NCBI RefSeq assembly: GCF_016595495.1
Contig: NZ_JAENIM010000016.1
Span: 1-64,000 of the forward strand
Length of the DNA stretch: 64,000 bases
Direction of reading: 5' to 3'
DNA from: Persicirhabdus sediminis
GTDB lineage: Bacteria; Verrucomicrobiota; Verrucomicrobiia; Verrucomicrobiales; Akkermansiaceae
Each line of letters opens with the position of its first letter. Position 1 is the first letter of the stretch. Below are positions 56,579 to 64,000 of the stretch, one piece after another. A program made the position numbers and the translations under genes. A model generated the notes under the pieces. The model was not told where the DNA came from and did no database searches. It saw only the letters and a program-made list of their open reading frames with translations.

Positions 56579-58266
56579 TCGAGTTTGACGGAATTAAATT
56601 AAACAAACTGATCTCTAAGCGAGTCATGGCTGCTCTTGTTGAGCATGATGCTAGTTTAAAAGATTGTGAGCCAAATGCGCTAGATTCAAAAGTCACTAAG
56701 ATCGCCTTTGGAGCAGTGATGGCCAAAGTTAACAGCTTGCCATTTTTTCCTAAGGTAGCAGATTTTTGCCAGCAGCAACTGCTTGAGCGTTGTGACCCAC
56801 AGGTACTTATTCGCGAGGGGTTTACACCTTTGTGCTTTGACGATAGGCGCTTGATTGTTGCTGTTGTTAACCCGTGGAATACAGCTCCTGATGAGTATAT
56901 CGCACTGCGCTTTCCTGATACGGAAATTGTTAAGTTAGTTACTCTAGCTTCGGAAATTTCCAGCGCCATTGGCCAATCACCTACTTCAGCCGCTCCTAGT
57001 CAGGAGCAGTTAGAGGCCATCGATGTTGAGGATACTGAGGATGATGTTACCGATTTTGATGTCACCAAGGAATATGATGAGCCAATCGCGCAGTTGATTG
57101 CGACTATCATGGCTGATGCTGTTAACCAGCGTGCGTCAGATATTCACTTCAAGGTGGAAAAGGAAATTTTCTATTACAGCTTCCGGGTCAATGGTGATTT
57201 GGGTAAGCGCACTGAGGTGCCAATGAAACTCAAGGATCGTCTGGACGCGTACCTGCTGAACTTGATGAAGCTGGCGGCTGAGGAACGAAATGTTAAACCA
57301 GGTATCTCTGGCCGTTTCACGATTTCCTACTTCCAGCGTCCGATTGATATTCGATATGAACGTCACAGGACCTATCGAGGTTATCACATTACCATGCGAT
57401 TGCTCGATAAAGGGCACTTGAACGTTGCTCTCGGTAAAGGCTCTCTGGCCTTTGATGAGCAGACACTGTTTGAGCTCTATCGTGTGATGAAAGTTCCAGC
57501 TGGAATTATTGTGATGAGTGGACCTACGGGTTCAGGAAAATCTACCACATTGAACGCAATTCTACGTGAACTGAATACTCCGGAGGTGAATATTCTTACT
57601 CTGGAAAACCCGGTTGAGGATGAAGTTCCAGGCGTTACTCACTGTGACTTGAAGAGTCCGGATGAGTTTAAGCCTATGATTTCAAGTTTCATGCGTTCTG
57701 ATCCAGATATTATTCTCATGGGTGAGGTGCGTGATATTGAGTCTGCTGAACTAGCTATTGAGGCTGCCGTTACTGGTCACAAAGTTCTGACAACAATTCA
57801 CACCCCGCGAGCATCTCAGATTCTTGAGCGATTCGAACAGCTAGGTATTGAGCGTTGGAAGATCGCTCAGACATTGAAGGCAGCTTGTGCTCAGCGTTTG
57901 GTGAAGACCCTGTGTCCTCACTGTAAGGTGGAGCTCGAAGGTGTCTCAGAACTGGATTGCCGTCTATTCAATCTACCAGATGAATGGTTGACGACTAAAG
58001 TCTATGAGCGTAATCTACAAGGTTGTGAGGAATGTCATGGAGGTGGTTATGTCGGACGAACAGCTATCCTTGAGATCATCCCTATTACCCCTAAAATTTC
58101 TGACATGTTATCAAAAGGAGAAATATCCCCATACGAGCTTGAAGTAAAAATTCATGAAGAGGGAGTTCTGCCTAACCTGCGTCGTAGCGGCTTGAGGCTA
58201 TTCAAAGAAGGGAAAACCGATCTAAAGGCAATCAGTAAAATGATTGATATGACTTATACAGAATAA
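56575..58266 (+). CDS. GspE/PilB-family secretion ATPase (assembly ATPase) with an N-terminal GspE_N-like domain and a tetracysteine Zn motif
   Basis: VMSGPTGSGKSTTLNAIL, ILTLENPVEDEV, IILMGEVRDIESAELAIEAAVTGHKVLTTIHT, CPHC...CEEC. Confidence 0.9.
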   Translation: MIEFDGIKLNKLISKRVMAALVEHDASLKDCEPNALDSKVTKIAFGAVMAKVNSLPFFPKVADFCQQQLLERCDPQVLIREGFTPLCFDDRRLIVAVVNPWNTAPDEYIALRFPDTEIVKLVTLASEISSAIGQSPTSAAPSQEQLEAIDVEDTEDDVTDFDVTKEYDEPIAQLIATIMADAVNQRASDIHFKVEKEIFYYSFRVNGDLGKRTEVPMKLKDRLDAYLLNLMKLAAEERNVKPGISGRFTISYFQRPIDIRYERHRTYRGYHITMRLLDKGHLNVALGKGSLAFDEQTLFELYRVMKVPAGIIVMSGPTGSGKSTTLNAILRELNTPEVNILTLENPVEDEVPGVTHCDLKSPDEFKPMISSFMRSDPDIILMGEVRDIESAELAIEAAVTGHKVLTTIHTPRASQILERFEQLGIERWKIAQTLKAACAQRLVKTLCPHCKVELEGVSELDCRLFNLPDEWLTTKVYERNLQGCEECHGGGYVGRTAILEIIPITPKISDMLSKGEISPYELEVKIHEEGVLPNLRRSGLRLFKEGKTDLKAISKMIDMTYTE

Positions 58267-59459
58267 TGAGTGAACAAGCACAAACTCAGGCCGCGCCAGC
58301 GGCTGCTAGCCAGGATGGAGGGGGCCAAGGGCGCGCTCGTACCGTGGCGAGACGTAAGACAACTAAGAAACAAGGCTTAGGCCAGAAGGAGATCCATTTA
58401 TTTGGAAATGGGGTAAAGCTCTTTAGCAAGAAAGAACAAGTCCACTTATTTAAAGGCTTGGCTTCCATGCTGAAAGCGCAGATTAGTACAGCTGATGCGC
58501 TCAAATTCTATGCTAACGGCCACCCTAATAAAGTGTTGGCCGGCGCTCTGTTGGCAATAGCCCATGATGTGAATGATGGTATTTCCATTCACGAAGCATT
58601 TCGGAGATCGAAGAAGTTTGACGAGATGACTATCGGTCTTGTTCAAGCGGGTGGCGATTCTGGTCAGCTCTATCAGGCGTTTGCTGATTTATCCAAACGT
58701 ATCACTACAGAGATGGCGTTCCGCAAGAAAATCAAAAAGGCGATTATGATTCCATGTATCGTGATGCCTATCTTGATGGGTGCCTTCATTGCTTCGCAGG
58801 TGAAAATTGTACCGCAGGTGCAAGGCATGATGAGCGGTATGAGTCAGGAGCCAGATGGCATGATTGCGCTCTCTTTCACTATCAGTGAATATACCCAAGA
58901 ATATTGGGTATTAGTGGTTCTATCAATGATTGCTATTGTGGTTACCATTTTCCTATCAGCCGTGGTTAAGAACATTATTCTTAATATCTGTATGGCTAGG
59001 ATTAAGGTCATCAGGCAATTGATTATGAGTTTGAGGCAGATGACTTTCCTTTCAACCATGCGTCTCCTCTATTCTAATGGTATTAGCCTAGCTAAGTCTA
59101 TCAAGGTGAGTGCAAATTCTGTTAAAGGAACACCATTTTATGGTGAGCTTAATTCAGCTGCAGAAAAGTATGAAAAGCAAGGTCTCTCCTTATCAAATGC
59201 TTTTGCCAAGTTCACTTCGGTAGACCAGCAAGTTGTACACATGTTGGCGATTGGTGAAAAATCTGCTTCTCTCGACGTTCAGTTAGAATTGTTGGCAGAG
59301 ATGTATGAGGAAAGCGCGGATGAGTTGATGGATACCTTTACTGGGTTTATTAGTACGGTTGTTTTGATTATGGCTGGTGTATTAGTTGCCGCTATTTTCA
59401 TTGGAACATTCATGCCTATCTTCTTGATGGGACCTAAGATGATGAATCAGGCTCACTAA
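58266..59459 (+). CDS. GspF/PilC-family platform protein
   Basis: 397 aa, three TM segments, duplicated GspF domain. The start overlaps the gspE stop. Confidence 0.8.
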   Translation: MSEQAQTQAAPAAASQDGGGQGRARTVARRKTTKKQGLGQKEIHLFGNGVKLFSKKEQVHLFKGLASMLKAQISTADALKFYANGHPNKVLAGALLAIAHDVNDGISIHEAFRRSKKFDEMTIGLVQAGGDSGQLYQAFADLSKRITTEMAFRKKIKKAIMIPCIVMPILMGAFIASQVKIVPQVQGMMSGMSQEPDGMIALSFTISEYTQEYWVLVVLSMIAIVVTIFLSAVVKNIILNICMARIKVIRQLIMSLRQMTFLSTMRLLYSNGISLAKSIKVSANSVKGTPFYGELNSAAEKYEKQGLSLSNAFAKFTSVDQQVVHMLAIGEKSASLDVQLELLAEMYEESADELMDTFTGFISTVVLIMAGVLVAAIFIGTFMPIFLMGPKMMNQAH

Positions 59460-59471
59460 CATAATATTATT

Positions 59472-59900
59472 ATGGTTCAAACTAGACTCGACCGCTGGCT
59501 TAAGGAGAAGTTCATTTACGTAACTCATGTATATGTGCTGCGTATGCCGGATTTTAAACTGCCGCGTGGCTCAAAAGTACAGGAGTTAGGCGCAGAGAAA
59601 GTAGGTAACTACAGCCTTCGCATTATTGTAGCGTCTAATTCCGCCGTCGAAGATCTCACGAATAAGCTGAGAGATAGTCGGCAGATGTATGCGGTCAAAG
59701 TGGTTGAGTCTAATCCATGGTTTGGGCGATTCATCGCTCCGAAATCACAATCTTTTACCTACAGGATTGTGTTCTCCATAATGACGGTTGGAGCTTTATA
59801 TAGCTCTTGGGTCTGCTTTAAGTGGTTTATGGCAACACCTGAACTATCGGATATTATTAAAAAAACCTTCTATCAGTTCACTTCGGGTGACTTCAATTAA
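59472..59900 (+). CDS. Hypothetical protein with a C-terminal TM helix
   Basis: ORF only. Confidence 0.3.
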   Translation: MVQTRLDRWLKEKFIYVTHVYVLRMPDFKLPRGSKVQELGAEKVGNYSLRIIVASNSAVEDLTNKLRDSRQMYAVKVVESNPWFGRFIAPKSQSFTYRIVFSIMTVGALYSSWVCFKWFMATPELSDIIKKTFYQFTSGDFN

Positions 59901-59914
59901 AAGCGGAAATAAGT

Positions 59915-60316
59915 ATGAAGAATATACAAACTAGGTCGACCAAAAGTGGAACGACATTAATTGAGATGACTATCGTCATCATGGTGATCTTGATCATTAT
60001 GGGGGTGGCTACGATGTCTATGAACCAATATCGTGATTGGGCTACGAAGCAGGAGGCTATCGAAGACCTGCGATCTGTTCATATGTCTCAAAAAGCATAC
60101 TTGGCGGATAATCCAACTAAGGGGCCAAGCACGCTGACTGAGGCTTTGATTACGCCATACATGCCTAACCAAGCATCTTTCCCTACCTTTAAAGATAAAG
60201 ATGATAAGCCGCTTGAGGTAACGATTACGACCGTACCCCCAACGCTTAGCGGACACCCGACAGGTGGAAGCGATGATATGGAGGATGGCCAATGGAATCC
60301 TCTAGCTAATGATTAA
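59915..60316 (+). CDS. Second pseudopilin with a prepilin-type N-terminus
   Basis: MKNIQTRSTKSG|TTLIEMTIVIMVILIIMGV: Gly -1, Glu +5. Confidence 0.7.
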   Translation: MKNIQTRSTKSGTTLIEMTIVIMVILIIMGVATMSMNQYRDWATKQEAIEDLRSVHMSQKAYLADNPTKGPSTLTEALITPYMPNQASFPTFKDKDDKPLEVTITTVPPTLSGHPTGGSDDMEDGQWNPLAND

Positions 60317-60363
60317 TTTATTTCAGCCGCATCAAATAGCGAATGCTTTTGGTGCGGCTGATG

Positions 60364-60398
60364 TGCCTTGCTAGCTTGCCAAGGCAGTTTCTTTTTTT
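60364..60398 (+). terminator. Rho-independent terminator after the pseudopilin gene
   Basis: TGCCTTG-ctagcttgc-CAAGGCA then GTTTCTTTTTTTG. An upstream hairpin CAGCCGCA...TGCGGCTG lies at about 60325-60360. Confidence 0.6.
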
Positions 60399-60403
60399 GA
60401 TTT

Positions 60404-60838
60404 GTGCTTCGATATATATTTTCATTCTGGTTTTTATTGGTCGTAGGTTTGTCAGCTAATCCATCTGACTTGCCAGATGGTTACCGCTTGGTGAATCACT
60501 ACCAGATCGTGTCTAAAACCAAGGTCGAAGGACAAGATGTTGTTCAGTTTGATATCAAACCTGTTAGCTATTGGGTTTATACTGATGGCATGGAGGTTCG
60601 TTTGTATCTCAATCAGGCGACAAATTACCACACGAGTTACGAGGTTTACCGCGCAGATGGTGTTTCTCATCTTGATGATTCAGGCGACCTAACTTTAGCT
60701 CCTGGCTTGCAGGCATTTTCAGCTAATGGCAATATTCTTCGGCAGCTTAGTTTGACGGAAAATGAACTGGTTTTGACCTCCTTTCCGCCACGCTCGGCGC
60801 AGATAGTAATCATGCGGGCGACGGCTGTTGCGAAATAG
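60404..60838 (+). CDS. Small secreted hypothetical protein
   Basis: Signal-like N-terminus (IFSFWFLLVVGLSA), β-rich. Confidence 0.35.
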   Translation: MLRYIFSFWFLLVVGLSANPSDLPDGYRLVNHYQIVSKTKVEGQDVVQFDIKPVSYWVYTDGMEVRLYLNQATNYHTSYEVYRADGVSHLDDSGDLTLAPGLQAFSANGNILRQLSLTENELVLTSFPPRSAQIVIMRATAVAK

Positions 60839-61010
60839 CCAATTGCTTTTGGTTTAAGCTATTGATTATCAGGGTTGGTAGGTTGATTGATTATGTTCTG
60901 GCTAGATCGATTTGTTGATTTCTGAATAATCAATCACTAGTCAAATTTTATGCCATTTGATGGAGTGACAAGCGACGCGTGAGCTGATAAATAATTAACG
61001 TCACAAGTTT

Positions 61011-61805
61011 ATGAAACCGGATACTTTAACACCAACGCCCCCTCGACAAACGGCACCAAATTATCGTAAGGAGATGGGCGGAATTCCTCCGTGGTTATTT
61101 TCAGCCAGCATGTTACTGAGTGCGGTTTTGTTCATCCTTTATCTAAATAAGCCTGTGTACAATGCTCCAATGGTTACACAGCAATCTCCTCAGACGGTGG
61201 ATCCCTACGAGTTGATGGAGCAGGAAATGTATAAGCAGGACTACTCCAGTCCGCCAGCAACTGATGCGGATTTTGATTTTGAAGATGATCTTGTTAATGT
61301 GTCTCCAAACTCCAATGTACTTCCTGGTAGAGAAGTTACTGAAGTAGGAGAAGAGCAGCCAGCCAAGACAAATCACCCTAAGGCAGTTGATCTTACTAGT
61401 GTTGATATCGACACTCCCGAGGTGAAAAATGCTAATCCAGAAGATGGCTGGGAGCCGACTAACCTCAAAGTCCAACATGTGCTTAATGCTCAGTGGGGCA
61501 ATGGGAGCCAGCAGAAAATTATGCTAGAAGTTCCGGTTCTTTACCATAGCCGGAGTTTTCATTGGACGGCTGATGATATCAGGAAGGCTCGTGAGATTCT
61601 CCGCAGGTTACAAATTTATGAAAACAACATCGCCCGTTTGAAGGCTGAGGGGGACGCCATCATGCTTCAGTGGAATATGTTAGCTGAGAGTAGTATGCCT
61701 GTGGATACACTGCGGGCTGACAGCCCAAGCCTCAATCAGACCATTACAGGGGGGAAAGCTAACTTGCTGCCAGCTGGAAACGAACAAGTAGAAATCATTA
61801 AGTAA
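61011..61805 (+). CDS. Hypothetical membrane-anchored protein
   Basis: N-terminal TM (WLFSASMLLSAVLFILYL). C-terminal coiled-coil-like segment. Confidence 0.35.
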   Translation: MKPDTLTPTPPRQTAPNYRKEMGGIPPWLFSASMLLSAVLFILYLNKPVYNAPMVTQQSPQTVDPYELMEQEMYKQDYSSPPATDADFDFEDDLVNVSPNSNVLPGREVTEVGEEQPAKTNHPKAVDLTSVDIDTPEVKNANPEDGWEPTNLKVQHVLNAQWGNGSQQKIMLEVPVLYHSRSFHWTADDIRKAREILRRLQIYENNIARLKAEGDAIMLQWNMLAESSMPVDTLRADSPSLNQTITGGKANLLPAGNEQVEIIK

Positions 61806-61810
61806 TCAGA

Positions 61811-62461
61811 ATGATGAAGAATCTAATAGATGTAAATGGCTCTCTTTTCTCTCTAGCGACGATTGCATTTCTAGCAGCCAGTTCATCTGCGTTTGCTCAA
61901 GAGGTTGACGAGAAAGAAATTGAGACGGCTCCACAGGTGGTAGAAATTGATGAAGATAGCGTCATGCTCTCCGATCCAACAGATACACTGGCTGAAGTGG
62001 TAGAGGAAACATTGCCGACGTATGTTGACGAGAATGAAGTCCAGGAGACACCGCGAATGGTTATCGAGTTAGAAGGTGGCGGAAATTATCGCCGCTCTCC
62101 GAATCTAGAAATTTTATCTCCATGGGCACCTAAGCCACTCAGTAAAACTCCAGTAGGATGGAAATTGATTCCTGCGGCTAGTATTGTTCCTGAATATACT
62201 GAGACTGTAAAATTATCATCAAATGACCGCATCCAGCTAGCTGTGAGACCCTATATTCTCATCCCTGACACTGAGATGAGTCGTGGTGTGGCGGTTTCTG
62301 AGCCAGGTTATGATGCCGCGTTAGGTTACGCTCAGCATTCAACCGTCGGAGCTATGCTTCAGAAAAATCAAAAATCATTAGAATCTGCTAGCAAACAAGC
62401 GAATAGCGCGATTGATCAGTTGCAGGCATTGTTGGACACTTTACCAGCTACAAATCCATGA
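61811..62461 (+). CDS. Secreted acidic hypothetical protein
   Basis: Signal peptide LATIAFLAASSSAFAQE. Stop overlaps the next ORF. Confidence 0.35.
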   Translation: MMKNLIDVNGSLFSLATIAFLAASSSAFAQEVDEKEIETAPQVVEIDEDSVMLSDPTDTLAEVVEETLPTYVDENEVQETPRMVIELEGGGNYRRSPNLEILSPWAPKPLSKTPVGWKLIPAASIVPEYTETVKLSSNDRIQLAVRPYILIPDTEMSRGVAVSEPGYDAALGYAQHSTVGAMLQKNQKSLESASKQANSAIDQLQALLDTLPATNP

Positions 62462-62934
62462 AGAGTTCATTTGTATTCACTTGTGCTAGTTTGATTGTCA
62501 CTATGTTAGTGGTGGCCATTATGACGCACCGGCAATCAGCTGAATTGGTTAGTGATTTCCAGCTGCAAGATAAAAACACCATGCCGCTAGAGGGGGAATC
62601 GCCTGATTTTACAACTACCGCTACGCAATCGCAGCAGGTGATGTTGGTTAGTCATGGCGGGGAAAATGTAGCTGCCTCGGGTGAAGTTGATGCGGCCTAT
62701 GCTGCCGAGCTGGACAAAAAATTAGACAGAGTGATTTCATTGATGGATCGCCTTGATCAACGACAAGCAAACTTCCAGCGCCAATTGGCTGAAACCAATC
62801 GTGATCTCACAGAATTACATTTTCGCGTGGATACTCACGATGAGTCATTCCGTCCGTTGAAGCTTAAATATGAGCCGCCTAAGGCGCAGACAGAGTTTGC
62901 TGGTGATCATATGCTTTTGCCGCCAAAGATGTAG
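62458..62934 (+). CDS. Hypothetical N-terminally anchored protein
   Basis: N-terminal TM. Translationally coupled to the upstream ORF. Confidence 0.3.
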   Translation: MKSSFVFTCASLIVTMLVVAIMTHRQSAELVSDFQLQDKNTMPLEGESPDFTTTATQSQQVMLVSHGGENVAASGEVDAAYAAELDKKLDRVISLMDRLDQRQANFQRQLAETNRDLTELHFRVDTHDESFRPLKLKYEPPKAQTEFAGDHMLLPPKM

Positions 62935-62949
62935 TCATATCTTTAAGCC

Positions 62950-63537
62950 GTGATGATGAATAAACCTGTAGCCGCTCTGATAGGCAGCGTATTTCTCACT
63001 GCTAGTTCAGCCATTGCTGCTCCTATTTTAGCGCCGCCATTTGGATTGCAGTGGGGCGAGGGCACATCTCATGTCATTCACTGGGCTCAGGAGCAGAAGC
63101 TAGAAATTAGCGTTAAGTTCCCATCCAAAGATCAGCGTCTTCGTGAGGTGATTATCAATTCGAAAAGCGGTAATTTGCCAGCCCATTTAGCTAGTTCGCT
63201 AGAGGTTTATTACCTCAAAGATAAGCTCTATGAGGTGCGCGTGCAATATGATGGCAAAGGGAAAAGCACTGCAGCCGTCGAGCGTGATTTGAACCAAGTT
63301 AGAAAAGATCTCGCAGCGCAATACGGTAACTTTGTTCCCGACGCTGAGCGCGACCGCACGGTGGATCAATTCCGCTATCTATCAAATTCCTATCGCATTC
63401 AGCCGATTGACGGGCTGAGTTTGATTGTGATGATGACAAAAGTTGAGGACTTACTACGCAGAAAATCCGCTGCCAAATTCACCGTCATCTACCGCAACCA
63501 GAACATCTACAACCAGGTTCTAGCTGGCGGTCGTTAG
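62950..63537 (+). CDS. Secreted hypothetical protein
   Basis: Signal peptide ALIGSVFLTASSAIAAP. Confidence 0.35.
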   Translation: MMMNKPVAALIGSVFLTASSAIAAPILAPPFGLQWGEGTSHVIHWAQEQKLEISVKFPSKDQRLREVIINSKSGNLPAHLASSLEVYYLKDKLYEVRVQYDGKGKSTAAVERDLNQVRKDLAAQYGNFVPDAERDRTVDQFRYLSNSYRIQPIDGLSLIVMMTKVEDLLRRKSAAKFTVIYRNQNIYNQVLAGGR

Positions 63538-63556
63538 ATGTTCTAGGTGGCAGGCT

Positions 63557-63907
63557 TTATATTTCAGAGACGACTACTAGCCAATTAATGAAGTGGATTG
63601 GCGGCAGGTCATCGAGTCTCTTCATTGGTTTGAGATCGATCTCTAATTCGCTGGTGAAGATTTCACCTGAAGCAGATTTTAAATCTAGCGGAGCAATTTC
63701 CTTATCAGCATCGCTACTGATCATACTAACACGTCCGCGCAGCTCGATACCAACGTCTACATCTTCAGCTCCATAACGTTGCTCTGGTGAGAAGATGGCT
63801 ACAGCTGGATAGGTGCCATCGGCATGAGATGTGAAGTTTAGATTGCTGTCAAAGAAGGTTCGTAAGTTAGAAACTAGGGCGAAGCCATGAGAGTAGTGCT
63901 GAGTCAT
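63557..63907 (-). CDS. Hypothetical protein. It may continue beyond the window end on the minus strand.
   Basis: ORF only. Confidence 0.25.
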   Translation of the reverse strand: MTQHYSHGFALVSNLRTFFDSNLNFTSHADGTYPAVAIFSPEQRYGAEDVDVGIELRGRVSMISSDADKEIAPLDLKSASGEIFTSELEIDLKPMKRLDDLPPIHFINWLVVVSEI

Positions 63908-64000
63908 GTCGTCTGCCCCCTCGATGATTAATGCAACATCATTGTCATCTGGGGGAAATTTGAAGTTTTCTTCGCTAACATAGAAGTTATTGTCATCGCT

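Noticed and set aside
1-64000. CRISPR array, rRNA genes, prophage or IS elements
   Set aside because: No regularly spaced direct repeats with unique spacers were seen. No rRNA-like sequence. The only integrase is integron-type, not phage or IS-type. No transposase-like ORFs or terminal inverted repeats were noticed.

Overview
This 64 kb window is mostly chromosomal backbone from a CTAG-rich, roughly 50% GC bacterium whose gene content suggests the PVC group (Verrucomicrobiota-like); that placement is inference only. Housekeeping genes (rough extents) include a type IA topoisomerase, HU, Dps, tRNA-Leu, mutM, dus, holB, murI, coaD, ribBA, a hemX-like/hemA/hemC/cobA-hemD operon, perM and mscS. 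Four regions stand out. (1) At the left edge (404-1897, +) there is an integron-type tyrosine recombinase (IntI family). It is recognisable from the IntI-specific insertion between the catalytic patches. It is preceded by a 15-bp tandem repeat, and the expected attI/cassette array would lie just beyond the window start. (2) At 7621-8547 (-) a periplasmic thioredoxin-like gene carries an in-frame TGA exactly at the first Cys of the expected CxxC motif (reads ..SDW-TGA-GAC..), so it is a candidate selenoprotein. The ORF track truncated it to its C-terminal 217 aa. (3) At 22367-30603 (+) an NfeD-like gene and a flotillin-like (SPFH) gene are followed by a 1702-aa coiled-coil protein with a C-terminal AAA+ ATPase, then a membrane-anchored Ser/Thr kinase. 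This may be an uncharacterised membrane-microdomain-associated AAA machine. The 600-bp leader upstream holds a terminator and palindromes. (4) From 47076 to 63537 every predicted ORF is on the + strand (the next minus-strand ORF starts at 63557). The region encodes a type II secretion / type IV pilus-like apparatus with many unrecognisable partner and secreted proteins and a His/Cys-rich protein. The cluster begins after a 600-bp AT-rich gap. The octamer CTAGCTGG and related CCAGCTGG-type hairpins recur at gene 3' ends. No CRISPR array, rRNA or obvious prophage was seen.
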